Shown: positions 27,961 through 38,400 of the stretch, piece by piece | How the letters are laid out: each line of letters begins with the position of its first letter | How positions within the stretch are numbered: position 1 is the first letter of the stretch | Assembly (NCBI GenBank): GCA_034189385.1 | Contig: JAXHVD010000007.1 | Span: 1 to 64,000, forward strand | Length of the DNA: 64,000 nt | Direction: 5' to 3' | Source: Thermodesulfobacteriota bacterium | GTDB lineage: Bacteria; Desulfobacterota; Desulfobacteria; Desulfobacterales; C00003060 | Program-made: the position numbers and the translations under genes | The notes under the pieces: model-generated | What the model was told of the DNA's origin: nothing | Seen by the model: only the letters and a program-made list of their open reading frames with translations | The model's database searches: none

Positions 27961-28034
27961 TTTCTTTGCAACCACGGCACTAGATCCAGGGCGGTTTGAC
28001 GCAAACAGAAGGCTCCTTTAGGGTTTGCTGGACG

Positions 28035-28069
28035 GGCTGCGAACAACTTCACAAGGGGTGTTCGCAGCC
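28035..28069. terminator. Inverted repeat downstream of the C25 gene
   Basis: GGCTGCGAACA-N13-TGTTCGCAGCC. Confidence 0.45.
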
Positions 28070-28312
28070 TGTGACCTGCAACATATTCTGCGAGTGTATC
28101 TAATAGCGAGGTTTAGAGGGTCATAAACGGGGAACATAAGGATGTGATTCCGGGACAGAAGGCGGGCTTTTCATGTTGTTGCCATACGTCATTATCGAAA
28201 CAAAGGTAGACCTTTGCCACATAGTGGAAGTGGATTACCCACTTCTGTGGAAATTTCTGCCCGTTTCCGTCTAACTGGTTGAAATATTTGAGTCCTGTCC
28301 GTTTGGCTGTGC

Positions 28313-28327
28313 TGGCATGGTCTTTGC
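28313..28327 (+). promoter_or_regulatory. Sigma-54 promoter for the Rhs cluster
   Basis: TGGCATGGTCTTTGC (GG-N10-GC); IHF-like TAACTGGTTGAAAT at 28272-28285. Confidence 0.65.
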
Positions 28328-28751
28328 CACGTATTTCACCCGAATTGTCTTTTCTCCCCTTCTGCCGGGAGGTTTTTTGGAGCGATCAACGCTTCGGAGT
28401 CGGGGCTGCACCTCAGATCGGCAGTATTGCTAGGTTCTTGACCATATCTGAAAATTGATTCTTTTTTTTGCTGGTCTGATAACCGAAGCTCTCAGAGGGC
28501 TGTTGTTCTTGAAAAGCAGATATCATAATCTTTCCATCCTCTTTGTATTGACCAGGTAGGGGGTCACATGGGAGCCAACCTTAAATTCTGCCTATAACTC
28601 CTAACGGAGGATGTTGATTCTGTTAGGAGTCCTGTTTGGGCCATGCGTTTGGCTCGCTTTGTGCCAATGGGGCCAGAACGTATTCCCGTCAAGCACCACT
28701 GTTTTATATCGCTCCAACGCAAGTGGAAGCCATTTTTCTTAGGAGAGTCTC

Positions 28752-31700
28752 ATGGTCAGATGGAAACGAAGCAGCCTGTTTCAGTTCGTGGCCAAGGTTA
28801 TTGTATGCTGCATGGTCTTCCAGGGCTGGCCGTGGTGGGAGCTGAGCCGGGCCTACAAGTGGGAATTTGAGCCCCAGAAGCTCCAACGGATACTGGATAC
28901 AGTATCAACCGTACTCTCTCCGAGCGATGCCTCTGCTGCCATCCCTCCGAATCCCCATGAGTACATCATCAATCAAATTCCGGAGAACTTCGTCCATATT
29001 TCAGAGAGCGGTGAACCAGTTACTCTTGATAATAACCAGGATGATAACGAGCCTGCGGGTACAGTCTCTATTGGCTTTGGTTTTAGGTTTTTCAACACTA
29101 CTTACACTACCGTCACCATCTCGGAAAATGGCTATATCACCTTTGGCATGCTGAGCGATCCGGACAATGTCTCCATCCCCACCCAGGAGACGCCCAACAG
29201 TCTCATCGCCCCCTTCTGGGACGATCTGAACCCTGAGTTCAATCCAGGCAGCGCCGTCTATTTTGAAACACTTGGAACGACCCCTGAGCGGCAGTTCGTG
29301 GTCCAGTGGCATGACATACCTTTAAATGCAGATCCGGACTCCCGTCTCACATTTGAGGTGATCCTCTTTGAAGAAACCAACGAGATCCAGTTTCAGTATC
29401 TTTTCCTGGAAGACGGAACAGGCCAAAGCGGCTCAGGCCCTGTGAGCGGAAGCTCTGCCACTATCGGCATTGAAAGCCCTGACGGCAATGAGGGAAAGGA
29501 GATCTCCTATAATCAAGAATGTGCCGTGGCAGAGGGCGATGCCTTTAGTTTTACTCTCGGAGGGAATCCCTTTGTGGTGGGTCGATTGCTCGGAGATCGA
29601 GATGCTGACGATGTGATAACCATTCTGGATCAGTCTCTTCTCAGCAAAACCATTGCAGCCTTCAGGACTCCTTACTCTTCTCTAGACCTCATGCTGTCTG
29701 ACATGGCGCCAAGGCCTGGCTTGGAGGGGCAGCCCTTTGGTGACAAGTTCATTGACGATTGGGACCATGGCCTCATGTCTGACGTCATCCTGGAGAGAGA
29801 AGATCTCAATCCCTTACTTGCAGAGATTTCTTATCAGATAGCGCAGATCGGTGATGAACTGACCCTTTATGGAAGCGGCTTTGCTCCTCAGGCAGAAGAC
29901 AATACGGTAGTCTTTGTGGACGTAAATGGAAATGAGACCGCTGTGCCTGCAGCCTGGGTGGACCCAGCTGGCACGGAGCTTACGGTTACCATCCCCGCCG
30001 GGCTTGAGTACATCGTTCAAATAAAGGTCATAAGAAACAACCAGCCGAGCAATTCCATCCTTTTTGTTCTGGAAGGTACGCCCGTCATCACCAGACTCCT
30101 GCCTGCGACGGGCAAGATAAACAGCACGGTGCGAATCAGGGGGCACGAATTCGGTCTCAGCCCGGAGGACAACGTCGTAACCTTCAACGGCGAAGAGGCC
30201 ATGGTAATCGATGCCCGTGCTGATGGTTTTCTTGATGAACTGGAGGTGATTGTACCGGATGCGGCCACCAGCGGGCCGGTCACGGTGACCGTCGCAGGTG
30301 AAACAAGCAACGCAGTGCCCTTCTCTGTGCGCCAGGACTTGGACGTCTACATCACCACCCCTGAAACAGACAGCGAGATCACGGCACCGGTATCGATTGT
30401 AGGCACCGCCTGGGACGACAATCTTGACTACTATGTGCTCCAATACGCCCCTGTTGGCTCCACCGATTTTACACAATTTGCCAAATCTGCTTCTTCCGTG
30501 GAGGACGGAGACCTGGGCACCTTTGATCCCACACTCCTAGAAAACGGGATCTACACCGTGAGGCTCACCGCCTACGATACCGAGGAAGACCCAAACTCAC
30601 GTTCTGTGGAGGTGCAGTATTTGGTCACCGGCAGCTTAAAGGTCGGGATAAACCAGATAGCTTTTGTCGACCTCCAAGTCCCCGTGAGTGGTATCGACAT
30701 CACCATCCGCCGCAAGTATGACAGCCGGGTGAAAACCAGGAAGGAATTCGGTGTGGGTTGGTCTCTGGAAATCTTAGATGTAGAGCTAAGGGAGAACCGA
30801 ACGCCGGGGGATGGATGGCGTCGTGTGTGGAACGAACAGTTCGCGATATGGGAACTAAAGCCGTCCAAGATTCATATGGTCGTCATCACTTTCCCCGATG
30901 GGAGGACAGATGTCTTTGACATGGAAGCCTATCTTGATATCCCTCAAGACAAGAACAGCACGGCCTTTGCTGTGTTTGAACCCCGATCTGGGACGACGTC
31001 TGCGCTGGCACACTTGGGTTCCAACAGCCTTATCTACGAAGCCGGAGTGCTCCTAGACCTTGCTACCGGAAACGCTTTCAATCCCAATCGCTATCTGCTC
31101 ACCACCAAGGATGGAACTGAGATGGTGATCAATCAGCAGACCGGCTTGGAGAGTATCGCAGATCTCAACGGCAACAAACTGACCATCAGCGACAACGGCA
31201 TTGTCCATTCTTCGGGAAAGAGTATCTCCTTCACACGCGATGCAGCCGGTAGGATCAAGCAGATGACGGACCCCCTGGAGAACACTCTGATCTACGTCTA
31301 CGATGAGAACGGAGATCTTGCTAGCTTTACTGATCGAGAGAACAACACGGTCATGTATACCTATGATGAGAACCACAATCTTCTTGATTACACCGATCCC
31401 AGGGGCGTTCAGAGCTTGCGCTGTGAGTATGATGAGAACGGCAGACTGATCGCCACCAAGGATGCCTATGGCAACCGGATTAAACTCAGCCACGACCTGG
31501 ATACTTACACCAGTGTTGTGAGGGACAGGAGAGGTAACAGTAAGATATTCACATACGATGAAAGAGGAAATATACTTACCAAAATTGCCCCCCCACCCAT
31601 CAGCTCAGTTACCACCTACACATATGACACCCACGACAACAAGCTAAGTGAGGTTCTAAAAGATAACAATGATCAGATTCTGAAATGGACTACATACGAG

Positions 31701-34700
31701 TATGACTCAAAAGACAATATGCTTTTCGAACACGTTCACCTTCCAAGTAAAGGTAGAATACTGACCACCGGCTATACGCATAATAGTAAAGGCCAGATAC
31801 TAACGACTACTGATCCAAAAGGTAACACAATAACCTATAGCTATGATGAAAAGGGAAATCTGCGTAGCATAGAGGAACCTGAAGGGAGAGTCACCACCAA
31901 TACCCATTACGCTAACGGAAAATTGCGCAGCACCAACGTGGGTGATGATCCTCCTACCATTTATGAATACGACAACTATGGCAACATGAAAAAGATGACC
32001 GATCCCTTGGGCAATGTTACAACATATGCGTATGATGCAGCAGGCAAAAAGAAAACGGAAACGAGGACCCGGACGACCAAGAATGACAACGACGAGTCGG
32101 TAGTTGTAACCATGACGACTGGATATGAATATGACCGAAACGGGCGTCTCACCAAGGCGACGGATCCTTACTTGAATGAGGAGATGACGGAATACAACTC
32201 AGCAGGCCAGATATCTGGAAGAGTTGATAAAAGAGGAAATCGTGTTGAATTTGATTATGATGACAACGGGGACCTGATAAGTAAGAGATATTTGAGTGAC
32301 GGCACTTCTGAGCATTACACCTATGGTCCAGAAGGAAATATGATAACATCAATCGATAGGGCAGGGAGGATGATTGGATATGACTATGATGTAGAACATC
32401 GAGTTATATTTACCTACTTCTGCGGTGAGAGCACAACCTGTACGCGTGATAATTACATACACAGAACCACTACTGAACATGATGCCGCAGGAAGGGTAAC
32501 CGCAGACATTGATGAGAACGGCGCCAGAACCGAGTATGAGTATGACGAGGCTGGCAGACAGACAATTGTACGGCAGTTTCATGAAGGCCAAACGCTGGTA
32601 ACCCGCTTTACCTATGATGATAACAGCAATCAACAAACTACAACTGATGCAAATTTGCATACGACAACATACGTATACGATAGTCTAAATCGTAGAATAA
32701 AAACCGTTTTTCATGACAATTCTTATGTCGGAACCGAATATGACGATAAGGGCAACATAGTATCTGAAACAATCCAAGCTCACACAGATCAGACGGACAT
32801 TATTACCACGCGCTTTGAGCATGATTATATGGGTCATCTTGCAAAGGTTGTCAGTGATTATGGGGGTGGAAATCAGAGTGAGACGTCGTATTCCTATGAC
32901 GAGGTCGGCAACAGGGTCACGCAGACCGATGCAAACACGCATACTACTGAATGGGTTTACGACGACCTTGGCAGGGTTATTAAGCGCATACTCCCTGAGG
33001 GAATGTCTGAGGCGTTTACCTATTACCCAGACGGCAATGTTCATACGAGAACCGATTTCAACGGCAATACGACCACGTATACGTACAGTCTCTGCTGCGC
33101 CAGTCTCACTGAGAAGGCCTTCGAGGATGGTTCCTCCGTGCATTATACGTACACACCAACAGGTAAAATTGACACGGTAACTGACAGTCGGGGCATCACT
33201 GATCATGATTACGATTTTCGAGACAGACTAATACTGGTAAAGAATCCTGACGGAACCCAGATCAGTTACACATACTATCCTAACGGCAACCGCCATACAG
33301 TGACCACTCCTTCAGGCACAACCACTTATACCTATGATGATCTCAACAGACTCGCCTCAGTCGAGGATCCTAGTGGCGGAGTAACGACCTATACATACGA
33401 TCCGGTCGGAAACAGGGTTTCGATGACCTATCCCAATGGAACAGTAACAAGCTATGTATACGACGATCTTAATAGGTTAATTTATCTTGCTAACCGGGAT
33501 TCTGAAGGAATGTTGATCTCAAGCTATGAATATACACTTGGCCCGGCAGGCAATCGCACGGAGGTTTTGGAAAATAGTGGCAGAAAGGTTGAATACAAGT
33601 ATGACAGGCTTTTCAGGCTTACCGATGAGATCATAACCGGCCCTGAAAATCGGACTACCAGCTATACATATGACGCTGTGGGCAATCACCTTTCTAAAGA
33701 GGATTCAATCGAAGGGATCACCACGTACACCTATGATAACAACGACCGTCTCCTCTATGAGACCACAGCTAGTGGGACCATCTTGTACGGGTACGATGAC
33801 AACGGAAACACGCTGAGTCGAACAGATGGAATGACCACCGATACTTACACCTACGATTTCGAAAACCGCTTGATCACCGGTGACGTTCAATTTGGAGCGA
33901 ACCCCGGCAGCACTACGTACACCTATGACGCCGAGGGAATTCGCACTGGTAAGAGCTATGCCGGGGTGACCACCTCGTACCTTGTCGACAAGAATCGGGA
34001 TTATGCCCAGGTGCTTGTTGAGAACAATGGCACCTCCGCCGTGAGCTACACATACGCGGATGACCTCATCAGCATGACGCGGCTGGACACGGGCACGAAC
34101 TTCTACCACTACGACGGTCAGATGAGCACCAGACAGTTGACCAACGACTCCCAGACTGTGACAGACAAGTACACCTATGACGCCTTCGGTAACCTGCGAG
34201 CCTCTACCGGAACGACCGTCAATAACTACCGCTACCGCGGCCAGCAGTACGATGCACACGTGGGTTTGTACTACCTCAGAGGTCGGTACTACGACCCGGC
34301 AATAGGCCGTTTTACCATCATGGACCCCTATGCAGGATACAGCGAGGCCCCGCTATCTCTGCACAAATACCTTTACGCCCATAATGATCCAATCAACAAA
34401 TGGGATCCGAGCGGTCTTTTTGGTATAGGGGAAGCACTTGGCACCATTGGCAATATTCAAGTACTTACTAAAAGCACAAGCTACAATTATGTGCCTACTG
34501 GAAAATTGGAACTGGAGCGGGAGGAGGACTGGACGTTTCAAATAATTGCCCGCGGCAAGGTGAGTATGCAAGTCTTCTGGGGTGGTTGGAAGAAGAATTT
34601 CGAGAAATGGTTTGGAAAACCGGACCCCGATTACAAACTCCATGTACGTAGTGTGTGGCGCTACACCAATAACATATCTAAACAGCCCGTTACCCTTGCG

Positions 34701-34997
34701 TATGCTGAAAAGGGCGTTTGTAAGCCGACGACGTATGCATACGTCCGTCCTGATGGCAAAGTCAAGATCTGGTTGTGTCCTGCTTACTGGTCTAGACCGC
34801 ATTGGGGAGGTTACGACACTAGAGCTGGAACGTTAATCCACGAACTCACCCACGAACTACAAGAGGGGTCACAAAAAGGGCTTAAAACCGTTGATTTTCC
34901 ATCCGGAAACAATCCGGAAGGTTGCAGGAAACTGCCAGCTTTGAACGCGGTCCAGAACGCAAATAATTACGAATACCAAGTAGAAGACAATTGGTAA
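28752..34997 (+). CDS. Rhs/YD protein 1: NIDO-like, dockerin-like, IPT/Ig, Rhs core, C-terminal M35 (aspzincin-like) metallopeptidase
   Basis: IGFGFRFF..ISENGYITF..IAPFWDDL; GDRDADDVITILD; YD repeats; YRYRGQQYD..GLYYLRGRYYDP..DPINKWDPSG; TYAYV..IWLCPAYW..RAGTLIHELTH..NANNYEY. Confidence 0.92.
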   Translation: MVRWKRSSLFQFVAKVIVCCMVFQGWPWWELSRAYKWEFEPQKLQRILDTVSTVLSPSDASAAIPPNPHEYIINQIPENFVHISESGEPVTLDNNQDDNEPAGTVSIGFGFRFFNTTYTTVTISENGYITFGMLSDPDNVSIPTQETPNSLIAPFWDDLNPEFNPGSAVYFETLGTTPERQFVVQWHDIPLNADPDSRLTFEVILFEETNEIQFQYLFLEDGTGQSGSGPVSGSSATIGIESPDGNEGKEISYNQECAVAEGDAFSFTLGGNPFVVGRLLGDRDADDVITILDQSLLSKTIAAFRTPYSSLDLMLSDMAPRPGLEGQPFGDKFIDDWDHGLMSDVILEREDLNPLLAEISYQIAQIGDELTLYGSGFAPQAEDNTVVFVDVNGNETAVPAAWVDPAGTELTVTIPAGLEYIVQIKVIRNNQPSNSILFVLEGTPVITRLLPATGKINSTVRIRGHEFGLSPEDNVVTFNGEEAMVIDARADGFLDELEVIVPDAATSGPVTVTVAGETSNAVPFSVRQDLDVYITTPETDSEITAPVSIVGTAWDDNLDYYVLQYAPVGSTDFTQFAKSASSVEDGDLGTFDPTLLENGIYTVRLTAYDTEEDPNSRSVEVQYLVTGSLKVGINQIAFVDLQVPVSGIDITIRRKYDSRVKTRKEFGVGWSLEILDVELRENRTPGDGWRRVWNEQFAIWELKPSKIHMVVITFPDGRTDVFDMEAYLDIPQDKNSTAFAVFEPRSGTTSALAHLGSNSLIYEAGVLLDLATGNAFNPNRYLLTTKDGTEMVINQQTGLESIADLNGNKLTISDNGIVHSSGKSISFTRDAAGRIKQMTDPLENTLIYVYDENGDLASFTDRENNTVMYTYDENHNLLDYTDPRGVQSLRCEYDENGRLIATKDAYGNRIKLSHDLDTYTSVVRDRRGNSKIFTYDERGNILTKIAPPPISSVTTYTYDTHDNKLSEVLKDNNDQILKWTTYEYDSKDNMLFEHVHLPSKGRILTTGYTHNSKGQILTTTDPKGNTITYSYDEKGNLRSIEEPEGRVTTNTHYANGKLRSTNVGDDPPTIYEYDNYGNMKKMTDPLGNVTTYAYDAAGKKKTETRTRTTKNDNDESVVVTMTTGYEYDRNGRLTKATDPYLNEEMTEYNSAGQISGRVDKRGNRVEFDYDDNGDLISKRYLSDGTSEHYTYGPEGNMITSIDRAGRMIGYDYDVEHRVIFTYFCGESTTCTRDNYIHRTTTEHDAAGRVTADIDENGARTEYEYDEAGRQTIVRQFHEGQTLVTRFTYDDNSNQQTTTDANLHTTTYVYDSLNRRIKTVFHDNSYVGTEYDDKGNIVSETIQAHTDQTDIITTRFEHDYMGHLAKVVSDYGGGNQSETSYSYDEVGNRVTQTDANTHTTEWVYDDLGRVIKRILPEGMSEAFTYYPDGNVHTRTDFNGNTTTYTYSLCCASLTEKAFEDGSSVHYTYTPTGKIDTVTDSRGITDHDYDFRDRLILVKNPDGTQISYTYYPNGNRHTVTTPSGTTTYTYDDLNRLASVEDPSGGVTTYTYDPVGNRVSMTYPNGTVTSYVYDDLNRLIYLANRDSEGMLISSYEYTLGPAGNRTEVLENSGRKVEYKYDRLFRLTDEIITGPENRTTSYTYDAVGNHLSKEDSIEGITTYTYDNNDRLLYETTASGTILYGYDDNGNTLSRTDGMTTDTYTYDFENRLITGDVQFGANPGSTTYTYDAEGIRTGKSYAGVTTSYLVDKNRDYAQVLVENNGTSAVSYTYADDLISMTRLDTGTNFYHYDGQMSTRQLTNDSQTVTDKYTYDAFGNLRASTGTTVNNYRYRGQQYDAHVGLYYLRGRYYDPAIGRFTIMDPYAGYSEAPLSLHKYLYAHNDPINKWDPSGLFGIGEALGTIGNIQVLTKSTSYNYVPTGKLELEREEDWTFQIIARGKVSMQVFWGGWKKNFEKWFGKPDPDYKLHVRSVWRYTNNISKQPVTLAYAEKGVCKPTTYAYVRPDGKVKIWLCPAYWSRPHWGGYDTRAGTLIHELTHELQEGSQKGLKTVDFPSGNNPEGCRKLPALNAVQNANNYEYQVEDNW

Positions 34998-35158
34998 TGG
35001 TAAAGTTCGATTGTCCGCACCTAATAGACTTCTTTTGAGTCAGAGGCTCAGGGTCAGATCTTAAATATCAACTATTATACTATTCACCTCTTAATGTTTC
35101 GGTTCGGGCCTTTTTGCTCATGAAATCGTGGCTTCGGTTTGAAAAAGGAAAAGAGGAC

Positions 35159-35215
35159 ATGAAAAGGACTCGCTTGGAATTCAGGGCTATGGCAACAGAT
35201 TCTGCTCTTTTGTAG
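35159..35215 (+). pseudogene. Truncated copy of the 5' end of the giant gene
   Basis: MKRTRLEFRAMATDSALL*; upstream 35053-35158 is homologous to 41927-42035. Confidence 0.8.
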
Positions 35216-35442
35216 TAGAAGGAGTTGTGATGCTGTTAATGCTACTTTATGCTCAGACGCTTTACTTCCAGAGTGGTGCGGCATCTGTGGCACCGTACGG
35301 TGACAATTCGTATTGAGATATGTTGGAAACGCTATGTGGTGACTGCTCTCATGTGAAAGCTTCTTGGTCTGACTGGTAATTGCCTTTGAGGGAAGGTATT
35401 CCTGCGAAGGCTCTGTGTTGAGTTTTCTTGTAGGAGAGTATC

Positions 35443-38400
35443 GTGACCAGATGGAAACGAAGCAGCCTGTTTCAGTTCGTGGCCAAGGTGGTGGTGTTTT
35501 GCATGGTCATTCAGGGCTGGCCGTGGTGGGAGTTGAGCCGGGCCTACAAATGGGAATTTGAGCCCCAGAAGCTCCAACGGATACTGGACACGGTTTCAAC
35601 CATACTCTCCCCGCGCGATGCCTCTGCTGCCATCCCTCCGAATCCCCATGAGTACATCATCAATCAAATTCCGGAGAACTTCGTCCATATTTCAGAGAGC
35701 GGTGAACCAGTTACTCTTGATGATAACCAGGATGATAACGAGCCTGCGGGTACAGTCTCTATTGGCTTTGGTTTTGAGTTTTTCGGCACCACTTACACTA
35801 CCGTCACCATTTCGGAAAACGGCTACATCACCTTTGGCGTGCTGAGCGATCCGGACAATGTCTCCATCCCCACCCAGGAGACGCCCAACAGCCTCATCGC
35901 CCCCTTCTGGGACGATCTCAACCCGGAGCACAATCCAGACAGCGCCATCTATTTTGAAACACTCGGCACGGCTCCTGAGCGGCAGTTCGTGGTCCAGTGG
36001 AATGACGTGCCTTTAAATGCAGATGCCGGCTCCCGCCTCACCTTTGAGGCGATCCTCTTTGAAGGAACCAACGAGATCCAGTTTCAGTATCTCTTTCTGG
36101 AAGACGGAACCGGCCAAAGCGGCTCAGGTGCCGTGAGCGGAAGCTCGGCCACCATTGGTATTGAAAGCCCTGACGGCAATGAGGGAAAGGAGATTTCCTA
36201 TAATCTGGAAGGTGCAGTGACAGAGGGCGATGCCTTTAGTTTTACGCTGGGGAAAAATCCCTTTGAGACGGGTCGATTGCTTGGAGATCGGGATGCTGAC
36301 GATGTGATAACCATCCTGGATCAGTCTCTTCTCAGCAAAACCATTGCAGCCTTTAGGACCCCTTACCCTTCTCTGGATCTCATGCTGTCTGACATGGCGC
36401 CAAGGCCTGGCTTGGAGGGTCAGCCCTTTGGTGACAAGTTCATTGACGATTGGGACCATGGCCTCATGTCTCACGTCATCCTGGAGAGAGAAGATCTCAA
36501 TCCCTTACTTGCAGAGATTTCTTATCAGATAGCGCAGATCGGCGATGAACTGATCCTTTCCGGAAGCGGCTTTGCCCCTGTAGCAGAAGACAACACGATC
36601 GTCTTTGTGGACGTAAATGGAAATGAGACCGCTGTGCCTGCAGCCTGGGTGGACCCAGCTGGCACGGAGCTTACGGTTACCATCCCCGCCGGGCTTGAGT
36701 ACATCGTTCAAATAAAGGTCATAAGAAACAACCAGCCGAGCAATTCCATCCTTTTTGTTCTGGAAGGTACGCCCGTCATCACCAGACTCCTGCCTGCGAC
36801 GGGCAAGATAAACAGCACGGTGCGAATCAGGGGGCACGAATTCGGTCTCAGCCCGGAGGACAACGTCGTAACCTTCAACGGCGAAGAGGCCATGGTAATC
36901 GATGCCCGTGCTGATGGTTTTCTTGATGAACTGGAGGTGATTGTACCGGATGCGGCCACCAGCGGGCCGGTCACGGTGACCGTCGCAGGTGAAACAAGCA
37001 ACGCAGTGCCCTTCTCTGTGCGCCAGGACTTGGACGTCTACATCACCACCCCTGAAACAGACAGCGAGATCACGGCACCGGTATCGATTGTAGGCACCGC
37101 CTGGGACGACAATCTTGACTACTATGTGCTCCAATACGCCCCTGTTGGCTCCACCGATTTTACACAATTTGCCAAATCTGCTTCTTCCGTGGAGGACGGA
37201 GACCTGGGCACCTTTGATCCCACACTCCTAGAAAACGGGATCTACACCGTGAGGCTCACCGCTTACGATACCGAGGAAGACCCAAACTCACGTTCTGTGG
37301 AGGTGCAGTATTTGGTCACAGGGAATTTGAAAATCGGCAACTTCACTGTCTCCTTTGTAGATCTCGCAATCCCTGTTTCTGGAATACCGATTCAGGTGAT
37401 CCGCACTTATGACAGCAGAACGAGGGGCCAGGAACGTGATTTTGGCTACGGGTGGACCCTGTCTTTAAAGACCTTCCCAAAGATAGAGAAGAACACAGAA
37501 GAGGGGCGCAGTTGGAAGAAGTTCGTGGACAGCAGCGGTTTGTTTCCTGTCTATTGCATTCAGGGAAGGCGCGCCCATTTTGTTGCGGTGACCATGCCCG
37601 ACGGCCGTACCCTGGAATTCGATTTTACCCCTGAGCCGAGCTGTCAGCAGCTCTACCCTATTGAACAAACGACAGCAGCCTACACCGCCAGGCCTGGAAC
37701 AGCAGCCACCTTGGACCCTGTCGGTGACACAGACCTCATTGTGTATGAGGGCAATCTATGCACTTTCGACTTTGAGATCTACGATCCCCAGGAGTTCATT
37801 CTCACCCTTGCCGACGGCACGAGCTACCAGCTGAAGATAGGTGAAGGGGTCAGCCAAGTGGAGGACCGAAATGACAATACCCTTACTTTCACCGACGATG
37901 GCATCATCCACTCTTCAGGAAAGAGCGTCCTCTTCGAACGGGACGACGAAGGCAGAATCACTAAGATCACCGACCCCAACGAAAACTTCATGACCTATAC
38001 CTATGACATCAAAGGTGACCTAGTCACCTTTACAGACCGGGAGGAACATTCCACACAGTACACCTATGATGACCATTACCTCATGGATATTATCGATCCT
38101 AGAGGTGTGAGGGCTATTCGTACAGAATATGACGATAATGGGCGAATAATTTCCACCACAGATGCCGAGGGAAACATGATCGAATTGACTCATGACATCC
38201 ACAATAGACAGGAGGTCGTCCGCGACCCCCTCGGCAATCCGACCATCTATGAATATGACGAGCAAGGTAATGTGGTGGCCGAGACGAATGCCTTAGGACA
38301 CAGGACACAATGCGCTTATGATGAGGACGATAACTTGATCGGCGAAACGGACGCCCTGGGCCATACGACGACATATACCTACGACGCGCGGGGTAACCAG

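Noticed and set aside
29814..37167. Paired 220-aa antisense ORFs (29814-30476 and 36505-37167)
   Set aside because: Shadow frames of the duplicated Rhs N-terminus
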